Shown: piece after piece, positions 47,842 through 64,000 of the stretch
Layout: every line of letters begins with the position of its first letter
Position numbering within the stretch: position 1 is the stretch's first letter
NCBI RefSeq assembly: GCF_009914755.1
Contig: NC_060946.1
Reading direction: 5' to 3' (one strand)
DNA: 64,000 nucleotides
Source: the human T2T-CHM13v2.0 reference genome, Homo sapiens
Program-made: the position numbers and the translations under genes
The notes under the pieces: model-generated
What the model was told of the DNA's origin: nothing
Database searches by the model: none
What the model saw: the letters and a program-made list of their open reading frames with translations, nothing else

Positions 47842-48446
47842 TCATGCCACTGCACTCCAGCCTGGGCAACAGAGCCAGACTCCATCTCAAAAAAAAAAAT
47901 TTTTTTTAATACTCACAACAACCCTACAGGAGTAATACATTATAGCCATTTATAGATGAGAAACTTAAGGCTCAGAGAAGCTAGACATCACAGCTATAAG
48001 GCTGATAAACCAGGATTCAAGACCAGGTCTGTTCAACTTAAGCTTGGCCTCTCCAGCACATGAGCTAACAGCCTGTTGCATACACCAGGTATGACACCTC
48101 ATTGAGTGATGTCTTGAGACCCCCTCTGAGGGTCTAGCGTTGTGAGGTCAGACAGGCCACCACCGTCCAACTCCATTCTTAAGGGTACATATGGTCCCAA
48201 GAGCCTGAAACGGTTTGCCTAGCCACACTAAGGAGGGATGGCAAACTTCCCCCAAGTGGCTGACCACTGCCTTATCTATGGCAACCCTATGTGAATCACC
48301 ACCCTTCACCCCAAGCAACTAGTTGCTCCCATCAAGCACTGGCAAACAACAGACTATTTTTTTCAGCCATTTAATATTAGCATTCTACAAGAACATCAGA
48401 ATGGAACAGGCCGATTTTAAACATAAAAGAAAAGAAAATTACTCAC

Positions 48447-48479
48447 CCTGTCTAGGGGGCTGGGAGGATTTCATATGAG
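48447..48479 (-). CDS. THOC5: Candidate 33-nt in-frame alternative exon of THOC5 (AHMKSSQPPRQ)
   Basis: About 70-nt pyrimidine tract + catcag| acceptor, AGG|gtgagt donor, phase 1/1 matching the host intron, no stop. Confidence 0.7.
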
Positions 48480-49199
48480 CTGATGATGGAAACAGGAGGG
48501 AGAACAAAGGGGAGGGGAGGACCAGAAGGACGAGGAAGACACAAGAAGAGACAGTAATGTGTTGGTGCCCAAGGTGGGAGGAGAAGCAAGCACTGGTGCG
48601 GTGTATGTCTGTCTGATGAGGTGGGGTGGGGTGGGGGAGAAAATGTAGGTGCTGGGTGAAAGCTGCATTAGGGCAAAAGGCAGAGTCTCCAAAATTTTCT
48701 CAAAACCCTAGCAGAGTCACAGGCTGCCCTCAAGCTTAATGAGGACATATCATCTAACCTGGAAATTCACAACAAAGACATGCAGCCTGATTCAAGGCAT
48801 GGTGAAAGCCTGGGAGAGCTGGCTGAGACCTGTATTCACCAGGCACCCCCACCCTGAAGCAGAGCAAGAGGCACTGATCTAACTGCCAAGCGTGCCTTGA
48901 TGGGGTGAGCACCTGGGAGCCCAGACAGGCTGCCTGGGTTCTGCACCCAAGAGCTGTCCAGCCAGGCTCACGAATGACTCAAAGCCACCCATTGTGAAAT
49001 ACCCATCAGGTTAATCCAGCCTTAGGCCAGCTGGTCAGAGCAGCCATGCTGGGCAATGCAGAGGGAAGAAAGCTTCTGTCACCTGAGGGCTTCGGGCAGG
49101 ACTGAGAAATTTCCTGAGCAGGTACTGCTTCCAACTGATTCACTCGGCCACAGCTGCTGCTCCCATAGCCCCTTGTCCTCACCCAGGCCCCATACTCAC

Positions 49200-49332
49200 C
49201 ACAGGCCTGCCCATACGCAGTGGCCTGAACAAAGAGGACATAGAGGGGAGGCGGCAGGTGTCTGGCTGTCTCATACTGCTTGTGAGCCTGGTCGAATGGC
49301 ATAAACAGGTACTCCTGCACCGGAAGGGAAGC
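49200..49332 (-). CDS. THOC5: THOC5 exon 8 (aa 239-283)
   Basis: 133 nt, [44 protein letters not shown]+G|gtgagt. Confidence 0.97.
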
Positions 49333-49429
49333 CTGCACACAAGAGACAGATTTTTGTTCTTCCTTTTTTAGCCAGTCCACACAGGAAAAAGTGGCTACTT
49401 AGTGACCGTAAATCATTATTTATAAAAGT

Positions 49430-51800
<2,371 letters not shown>

Positions 51801-53992
51801 CTCTGTTTTAAAGTAATATATGGTACACTGTTTTTAAAAGTTGTATTCAAGACCTTAGGCAATGAATTCAGGTTTTGTTTCAGAGATTTTATTTGTGTGC
51901 TTTTCTTCTGTTTTTTTTTTTCTTTTTTTTCTTGACTCGGGAAAGACTGAACTAGATCGCCTTGAGTTTCAAGTTTGCAGATTCTGCACAGTGCATGAGG
52001 ACCAATTGTACAATATATAAAGTAAAATAAAAAGCATTTTAGGCTGGGTGTGGTGGCTCACGCCTGTAATCCCAGCACTTTGGGAGGCCGAGGCGGGCAG
52101 ATCACAAGGTCAGGAGATCGAGACCATCCTGGCTAACATGGTGAAACCCCGTCTCTACTAAAAATACAAAACAAAAAATTAGCTGGGCATGGTGGCAGGC
52201 GCTTGTAGTTCTAGCTACTCAGGAGGCTGAGGCAGGAGAATGGCGTGAACCCAGGAGGCAGAGCTTGCAGTGAGCCAAGATTGCGCCACTGCACTCCAGC
52301 CTGGGTGATAGAGCGAGACTCTGTCTCAAAAAAAAAAAAAAAAAAAAGCATTTTAGGCCGGGTGTGGGGGCTCATGCCTATAATCCCAGTACTTTGCCGA
52401 GGCAGGCAGATCACCTGAGGTTAGGAGTTCAAGACTAGCCTGGCCAACATGATGAAACCCCATCTCTACTAAAAATACAAAAATTAGCCAGGTGTGGTGG
52501 TGGGTGCCTGTAAACCCAGCTACTCAGGAGGCAGAGCAGGAGAATCACTTGAACCTGGGAGGCAGAGGTTGCAGTGAGCCGAGATGGCGCCACTCCACTC
52601 CAGCCTGTGCGACAGAGCAACTCTGTCTCCAAAAAAAAAAAAAAAAAAAGCATTTTAAAGTCATGGGGGGCGGTGGCAAAGGTGGGTAAGGAAAAGGAAA
52701 AAAAAAAAAAGTGGTATTCAAGTTTGTAAAACAAAAGCTCCCAGTTCCCAGTCCTCAAAGTAGCTGCTAATGGTCTGCTATGAATATAGACTTTTCCAAG
52801 CATATACCGCATATACCCAACTCCTACTTGTATATATCCCTACAGATACTTTGTAAACCAAGGTATAGAAATGAGTCCATACTATATGTTCTACAACTTG
52901 CATTTCTTATTTAATATGACAGATCTTCTTTCATATTTCAGTTATTCTGTCAGTGGTTCAAATATCAGTGGTTTGATTCCATACTTTCATCACAGCTCTA
53001 AGGCTGTACCATACAAGAATTTATTTAACCTGTACCCTATTTAAGGACATTTAGAAAATTTCCAGGTAACAAGAGAAAATTTAACCATGCAGAGGCTTTG
53101 GTTAAGTACAACCAAAACTTTTAATTTCTGCTCTATCACCCAGGCTGGAGCGATCCTCCTGCCTCAGCCTTCCAAGTAGCTGGGACGACAGGCACAGGCC
53201 ACCATGCCCAGTTAATTTTTTTTTGTAGAGGCGGGGTCTCCCGATATTGCCCAGGCTGGTCTCAAACTCCTGGGCTCAAGTGATCCTCCCCCCTCAGCCA
53301 CCCGAAGTGCTAGGATTACAGGCATGAGGCACCACAAGCAGTCAACAACTCTCCTTCTACGCTTACAGTTGAAGAAAGGAAATATAGATCTTGCCAAATC
53401 CTAAGAAGAAAAGCAAATTTATCTCTAGGATCCTTTTACAAAGTTCTTTCATATTAGCCATCTTGCTTCATAAAATTATAAGGATTTAGACCAAATCTGG
53501 CTTCGCAAAGCAAATAAAAAGTGGATCACCTATACAGAAAGACATTATGTTTTACAGGCGAAGTGTTGACTCTTCCTCATGAGTAAAGTTTTTTTCAGAG
53601 TGAGAAGATCTGCTGAGCAGTCTGACCCTGAAGCATGGTCGGGGGATCAAACAGACATCCACAGGAAGCAAGTTTAGATGCCTGGAGATTGTGAGGCCGG
53701 TGGGGGCCATGCAGGGGGTAAACTAAATTTACACAGTCTGAGAAAGTACGTTACCCAGAGAAGGCCTCTGGATGAAAACACCCAGGTCAATGTGTGTATA
53801 TATTCCTGAGGCCAGCACTTCTTCCTCCCAGACACAAGCTTATCACACCAACTGGGTAGGGATGCAGACAAGGCCATCCTTATACTATACTCTAATTTAG
53901 GGTAATAGACCTGGCAAAGCCCAAAGGGTGACATGACTTCTGGCAGCGCCTGGTCAGTGGTGAAGGCAAAGCAAAAGGCCAGAGGGCCCCAC

Positions 53993-54107
53993 CTGCATGA
54001 TGCTGTTGAGGCGGGGCTGGAGGCTGCTCAGGTACTCCTTCTTCACCTCAATCTCCTTGAGAATCTTCTCCTTGTTAGATAGGCACTCTCGGTACTTCTC
54101 TGCCAGC
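53993..54107 (-). CDS. THOC5: THOC5 exon 7 (aa 200-238)
   Basis: 115 nt, [38 protein letters not shown]|gtgggg. Confidence 0.97.
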
Positions 54108-54693
54108 CTGTTGGGGGAGGAAAGAGCATTGTCACCTGATATCCCCCAGTGATACCTCAACATGCCTGTTCACTGTCAGACTCCACCTAATAGTAGCAGC
54201 CATGATTAACTGCCAATGTTTATCCAGCACTCAATGTGTGCCAGGTACTTTGGTGAGCTCTTTAAAAGCATAATTACATTTAATACTTATAAAGACCCTG
54301 GAAGACAGGGACTTTGCTTATCCCCAAAGGAGGAAACCAAGGCTCAGGCAAGTAGATAACTTGCCCAAGGGCATCCAGCTAAGAACAAACACTGCGCTAG
54401 GCTTTGGATCCATGTCTCTTGCTCTCCAGAGGCTCTGTCTGCTCTGTAACCACTAGGGAATACACATGCCATCTTCTGCTCCATTTCTTGCTTGAGAGGT
54501 AAGACCTAAAACTTTCACAAACATGGACTTAGCAGCTATATAACCCAAAAGAGGCCCATGGACTGGCCTGGTTAGCACAGGGTGGGAACAGATTCTGGAC
54601 CAGTGCCACAAGAATGCAGCACTGATGGCTGAGTCAGTGCCCAGCACAATCAGTGGACTGGACAGCGGAGTGACAGGTCAGCCCCATCTGCTA

Positions 54694-54858
<165 letters not shown>

Positions 54859-55153
54859 TTAGCTGGGCACAGTGACATGCGCCTGTAATCCCAGCTACTC
54901 AGGAGGCTGAGACAGGAGAATCGCTTAAACTGGGGAGGCGGAGGTGAAACCCCCAACTCTATTAAAAATACAAAAATTGGCCGGGCACAGTGGCTCACGC
55001 CTGTAATCCCAACACTTTGGGAAGCCGAGGCAGGTGAATCACGAGGTCAAGAGGTAGAGACCATCCTGGCCAACATGGTGAAACCCCGCTTCTACTAAAA
55101 ATACAAAAATTAGCTGGGCGTGGTGGCACACGCCTTGTAGTCCCAGCTTCTCA

Positions 55154-55258
<105 letters not shown>

Positions 55259-55339
55259 TCAAAAAAATAAATAAATAAATAGATAAATAAATAAATAAAC
55301 CTCTTTATTCATATAGAAAAGTTTATACCTAAAGTGTGA

Positions 55340-55531
<192 letters not shown>

Positions 55532-55841
55532 TAGTAGAGACGGGGTTTCACCATGTTAGCCAGGATGGTCTCGATCTCCTGACCTTGTGATCCGCCTGCC
55601 TTGGCCTCCCAAAGTGCTGGGATTACAGACGTGAGCCACCTCGCCTGGCTGAAGCATTATTTATGACAGCAAAAAATGGAAACAACCTAAAATCCAACAG
55701 GGGAATAATTTTGTGCATTTTTCTATACACCAGAATATACACTAGAATGTTGCACAACCTCCTGAAATAGTGTTTACAAAGCTTTCTGCCATAGGCATAC
55801 ACTTACAGATAAGGGGAAAGGCAAATACAAAATTAGATTTA

Positions 55842-56096
<255 letters not shown>

Positions 56097-56169
56097 TCAA
56101 GGCTGAAGTGAGTCGTGATAGTGCCACAGCACTCCATCCTGAGCAATAGAGTGAAACGCCATCTCTTTG

Positions 56170-56200
<31 letters not shown>

Positions 56201-56357
56201 CAGGCACAGTGGCTCACGTCTGTAATCCCAGCACTTTGGGAAGCCAAGGCAGGCAGATCACTTGAGGTCAGGAGTTTGAGATCAGCCTAGCCAACATGGT
56301 GAAACCCCATCTCTACAAAAAATACAAATAATAGATGGGCGTGGTGGTGCACACCTA

Positions 56358-56555
<198 letters not shown>

Positions 56556-56698
56556 CTATCCAGTGTGATTTAATCATAAAATGGGATTTGGTCTTAGAAA
56601 CTATTCTGAGAGTTGCACAGTGTTTTGCTGCCTTATCCTGGGTCATGACAAAGCACTGACACTTTGTGGTTAAAAGGTCAGGAAGGAGGAAATGCTAC

Positions 56699-56845
56699 CT
56701 TTTCCGCTGCTCCAGCTCCCAGTCCAGACGTGCCAGTGTTTGCTGGTGAGGGTCTCCCATGGTGACTTCGGCCTTGCTGATATCTGGTGGAGCCTCCTTA
56801 TAAAACTCCTCTAAACTGACCAGATCAATTTCTTCATGCTTTGAC
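56699..56845 (-). CDS. THOC5: THOC5 exon 6 (aa 151-200)
   Basis: 147 nt, [48 protein letters not shown]; phase 2/2. Confidence 0.97.
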
Positions 56846-57311
56846 CTACAGACAAAAACATGACATCAAGCTGCTGTTCTCAGGAAACTAAACTGTAGTT
56901 TAAGCAGGCCCAAAGTTATCCCCAACATATGCCTGCTTAGTCCTGGTCTACAGGATCCTGGAATCCAGTCTTCTCCACAAATGCTCATTAGCAGATATTT
57001 CAGTGTGAAGAAAGGTAGTTGGTGACATGCCATAGGATCCTTATCCATGCTGTCCAACCTTTTTACCCATGAATTAAAGACTCGGAAGGGATTCTTATCA
57101 AATTTACAAATGTCTCCAAGCTGAGCAGGAGAACTACTAGCTAAAAAGTCAAATAAAAACACTACAGCCTGGGCCTAGGCTGTAGGGTTGAAAGCAAGAC
57201 ATAATTTAACAGGAATAAATACAAGGGTCTGCACTTAAGTTCAAGACATTAGCCGCGTAAGAACAGAATGAGGAAGATCCAGCATGGGAGAACTGGATGG
57301 AAAAAGATCTA

Positions 57312-57491
<180 letters not shown>

Positions 57492-58554
57492 TTAGCTGGG
57501 CGTGGTGACGCATGCCTGTAATCCCAGCTACTTAGGAGGCTGAGGCAGGAGAATCGCTCGAACCCAGGAGGCAGAGGTTGCGGTGAGCCAGGATTGCGCC
57601 ATTGCACTCCAGCCTGGGAGACAGAGCGAGACTCCATCTCAAAAAAATCCAACCCTCTTTGCTGTATTAACATAGTTGACTGCTCAGGTTATGGTCAGAT
57701 GACAGTAATGATAACGGCAGCTATCATATATTAATAAGCACCCACTATATGTCATCCTCACCTCATTTAAGCCTCACAACAACTCTAAGAGGTGGGGAGT
57801 TTTAATCTCCATTTTTTGACTGAGATGGAGGCTTCTATCAGTAAGCAGCTTGCCCAAGGTCCACAGCTAGGGAGTGGCCAAGCTGGGATTTGAACCCAGG
57901 CTGTGTAACTTCAAGGCCTATGCTCCTTCCATGTGGCCGTCTGCCTCCCAACAGGCGCAAGTTCCACTGTATTCTGGGTTTGTCAGTTTCCATTTGGGTG
58001 ATGATTACAGACCAGTGCATCACATTATTTTGTTTTTGATACCTTTTTAATTTGGAAATAGTTTAAGACTCCAAGAAGTTTCAAAAATAATACTTAGAAT
58101 GTATTTCCTCCATGTACCCTTCACCCAATGATACTATCTTATCTAACCACATTATACATTGTCAAAACCAGGAACTGACACTGGTACAATATTATTAACT
58201 CAAGTACAGACCTGATGCAGATTTCACCTCTATTCATATTTAACTATTGTTATGTGACGATTTTGTGGAACAGATAAAGATGCCTCTCAAAAATCAGCAT
58301 CAGGGCTGGGCACAGTGGCTCATGCCTGTAATTCTAGCACTTTGGGAGGTCGAAATGGGTGGATCATCTGAAGTCAGGAGTTTGAGACCAGCCTGGCCAA
58401 CATGGTGAAACCCTGTCTTTACTAAAAATACGAAAATTAGCTGGGTGTGGTGGCTCATGCATGCAATCGCTTGAACCCAGGAGGCAGAGGTTGCAATGAG
58501 CCAAGATCACGCCACCACACTCCAGCCTGGGCAACAGAGCGAGACTTTATCTTT

Positions 58555-58586
<32 letters not shown>

Positions 58587-59042
58587 ATCAGCATCAGGCC
58601 AGGCTTGGTGGCTTACACCTTTAATCTTACCCTTTTGGGAGGCCAAGGCAGGTGGATCATTTGCAACCAGGAGTTTGAGACTAGCCCAGCATGGCAAAAC
58701 CCTATCACTACTAAAAATACAAAAAATTAGCCAGGCATGGTGGTGCATGCCAATAGTCCCAGCTACTCAGGAGGCTGAAATGGGAGGATCATCTGAGCCA
58801 AGTCAAGTCAAGGCTGCAGTGAGCCAGGATTGTGCCACCACACCAGCCTGGGTGACAGGAGTGAGACCCTGTCTCAAAAAAAAAAAAAAAAAAAGACAAA
58901 AAACAAAACAATCAATCAGTATCATGATTATTAAAAATATTCCGGACCCACCGGGTGTGGTGGCTCACGCCTGTAATCCCAGCACTTTGGGAGGCTGAGG
59001 CAGGCGGATCATAAGATCAGGAGATCGAGACCATCCTGGCTA

Positions 59043-59406
<364 letters not shown>

Positions 59407-59846
59407 TTACTCCTTCCTCCTTCTCATCTCTCAGCTTGGTTTTGAGGAAGGACACTGACAAACTGTAGTTTCTTCACCTGAAGGCAGCTAAGCAGCAAGA
59501 AATTCAGGTTCCAAAGAATAAAATCCATTTGCAGAAATGAACTGCTGGGACTACAGAAAGGAAAACTGGGCCAAAAGGTTAAAAGAATGTGACTGGAAGT
59601 GAGTTGCTCCCATACAACATGCCCAGAAATCAAACTGGTAATGTAAAGACCCCTGATAGGGAGAGAGACCTGCTTTTTACCAAGTGCAGAGCTCAAAACT
59701 CAAAAAGGTCAGAGAGACTTCTGAGGTTCTTTATGCAGCCTGAAATCACGGCTTGCAATTCTCCCACATTCACCCTTGCAATTTGCCCTTCTCCCAGATC
59801 CTACAGTTTTCTAAGCTCATCAGATTTCTTTTTAAAGAGAGACTTA

Positions 59847-60223
<377 letters not shown>

Positions 60224-60321
60224 TTAAACTCCAAACATTTGGTGATCTCCTTCTGTAGGTGCATCACCTCATACAACAGGTTCTGGAGCTGCAGATGATA
60301 GGCATCTACTTTCTGCTTAGC
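60224..60321 (-). CDS. THOC5: THOC5 exon 5 (aa 119-151)
   Basis: 98 nt, [32 protein letters not shown]+AA|gtgagt. Confidence 0.97.
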
Positions 60322-60547
60322 CTGAAAGGAAAATACGATCAGAAGTGAGCAGGGCAAGTCAGGATGGAGCAGAGGAGAGGGTCAGCAAACTAAGAGAAGG
60401 TGTAAAGGGAATAAAGAAGGGGATGGGGCTGGGTGCAGTGGCTCACGCCTGTAATCCCAGCACTTTGGGAGGCCGAGGCGAGTGGATCACCTGAGCTCAG
60501 GAGTTCAAGACAAGCCTGGCCAACAAGGTGAAACCCCATCTCTACTA

Positions 60548-60952
<405 letters not shown>

Positions 60953-61824
60953 TCAGCTTCCTTCAGTCCTTCACCACTGACCCATCCTCATCTGGGGCCA
61001 AAAACGGCACCGGAGGGAGCTCAGAACCATGAGAAGGGTCATGAAGAAAATAAGAGGACGATTGTATAAGGAAAATGATTAAGAATCTCGGGCAAAAAAA
61101 AGTAATTTCTGCTTGGACTAGAGTAACAGGAATTGAAGATGGAATAAGGGCAGCAAAGGCACAATCTATCTCTACAGATCCTACACAGAGATCCCAGCAA
61201 TAGTAACATCTTGTCATAAAATTTGACCTCTATAAATAACATTACAGGATAACTTAAATGGAAAATAACAGAATTATAGCCATAAAGCTTGGCTAGAATA
61301 GATTGAATGCAATAATTCTAACAAAACTTGTCAGCATAAGCACAAATACGTGAGATTCCTGGGGGAAAAAATGGATTTTAAAAAACTTATCTATCGAGTT
61401 TTTAGTCACATTGTTTAATTTCTCTGCCCCTAAAACCTCATTTATTCATTTACTATTAATGATAATTTCATTTTTGGTATCTACAATTTACTTGTACACA
61501 TCCATCTTTGTATCAAGCAAATGTATAAGTACCATCATTTCTCAACACCTAGCAAAATGCCTGGCACTTAATAAATATTAATTGGATGAATGATCAAATT
61601 AGTAGGGAAAAAATTAATTATCCTGTACTTTCATTCCTGTAATTGGTGACTGAATGGTGATAAGAAGTTCCAATAAATTCACAGGTTTTGGGAGCCCTCA
61701 GGCTCCAATCACCTGATCATGGCTAGGACAGAAGATCAAGATCAGGAAGGGCCCTGGTAGGTGCAAAAACAGCCTCATCTATGTAAACCCACCAGGTTCA
61801 CGGCCACCTGGTCCCACTCCTTAC

Positions 61825-61968
61825 CACATCCTTGCCACCCCTGCTCTTCAGGTCTTGGATCTCAGCCATCAGCCTCTGTAGCTCCTGGCAGGTGTACTTG
61901 TATAACTCATAGTCTCTGCCAGGGTCCCGCAGATCCACCTCGGCCTCCTCACTGTAGTATTTACCTTC
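61825..61968 (-). CDS. THOC5: THOC5 exon 3 (aa 33-80)
   Basis: ag|GAAGGT...GATGTG|gtaagg; 144 nt, [25 protein letters not shown]...GGKDV. Confidence 0.97.
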
Positions 61969-62349
61969 CTGTAGAGGTAAGGATAAAGGCTCTGTGTGCA
62001 TGGGGTAAAAGTCTCCCTGCTGGGATCAGGGACACTTGGCTGACATCTCCTTTTAGATAAAAACAGTAACAATGAAGCCTCAGTCAGGTCTCTAAAAGAT
62101 CTGGTCCTTAAATTAAATGCTTTTCTTCTCTTCAAAATAGAAACCTCTTTTGCTTTCTGATTGCAGAGTAATGCATGCCTGGTATCAAAGATTCAGAATA
62201 TACAGAGGAGTATCAAAAAGAAAATGGAAAAATTGCCTATAATTTCGCCTCTCAGTCCGAAACTGAGTGAAGATTGTGGATAAATAAACATTTTATTTGT
62301 AAACAAAACGGGATCATACTGTCCATGCTGTTAAGTGCAACTTCCCATC

Positions 62350-62695
62350 TGCATTAGTCCATTTTCACGCTGCCAATAAAGACACACCTGAAACTGGGAA
62401 CAAGAAGAGGTTTAATTGGACTTACAGTCCCACATAGCTGGGGAGGCCTCAGAATCATGGCGAGAGGTGAAAGGCACTTCTTATGTGGCGGCGGCAAGAG
62501 AAAAATGAGGAGGAAGCAAAAGCAGAAACCCCTTATAAACCCATCAGATGTCGTGAGACTTATTCACTATCATGAGAATAGCACGGGAAAGACTGGCCCC
62601 CATGATGCAATTACCTCCCTCTGGGTCCCTCCCACAACATGTGGCAATTCTGGGAAATACAATTCAAGTTGAGATTTAAATCCCAAACCATATCA
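62350..62695 (-). mobile_element. THE1 (THE1A-like, ERVL-MaLR) LTR, sense to THOC5
   Basis: Minus strand starts tgatatggtttgg, contains ...tgaggcctccccagc...ctgtaagtccaattaaacctc..., ends ggactaatgca; matches recalled THE1 consensus. Confidence 0.9.

Positions 62696-64000
<1,305 letters not shown>

Noticed and set aside
48619-48637. (GGGGT)n G-rich run
   Set aside because: Only three tracts of 3 or more G, so not a canonical G4; C-rich on the transcribed strand.

Overview
Human genomic DNA, recognised from the encoded proteins as the NEFH-THOC5 interval of chr22q12. Plus strand: exons 2-4 of NEFH (neurofilament heavy chain), with the KSP-repeat tail, 3' UTR and poly(A) signal. This copy has the long KSP allele (1026 aa) and Lys at codon 463. 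Minus strand, convergent: 18 coding exons of THOC5 (residues 33-683 plus stop). I placed them from GT/AG boundaries; they sum to 1956 nt with consistent phases. The rest is very Alu-dense, with L1, MaLR LTR (THE1A-like, MLT1), Tigger and MER5 remnants, a 7x50-bp VNTR and small repeats. There is no prokaryotic-type system (no CRISPR, tRNA or rRNA). The most interesting signals are possible hidden THOC5 RNA-processing elements: (1) a sense THE1 LTR with a TATA-like box, Kozak ATG and GTAAGT donor in frame with the next exon; (2) a 33-nt in-frame cassette exon (AHMKSSQPPRQ); (3) two candidate poison exons; (4) a last-intron VNTR whose units are complementary to that intron's own 5' splice site. 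These are sequence-based hypotheses; no alignment or expression data were available. Exon numbers, residue numbers and repeat subfamilies rely on recalled references, and repeat boundaries are approximate.
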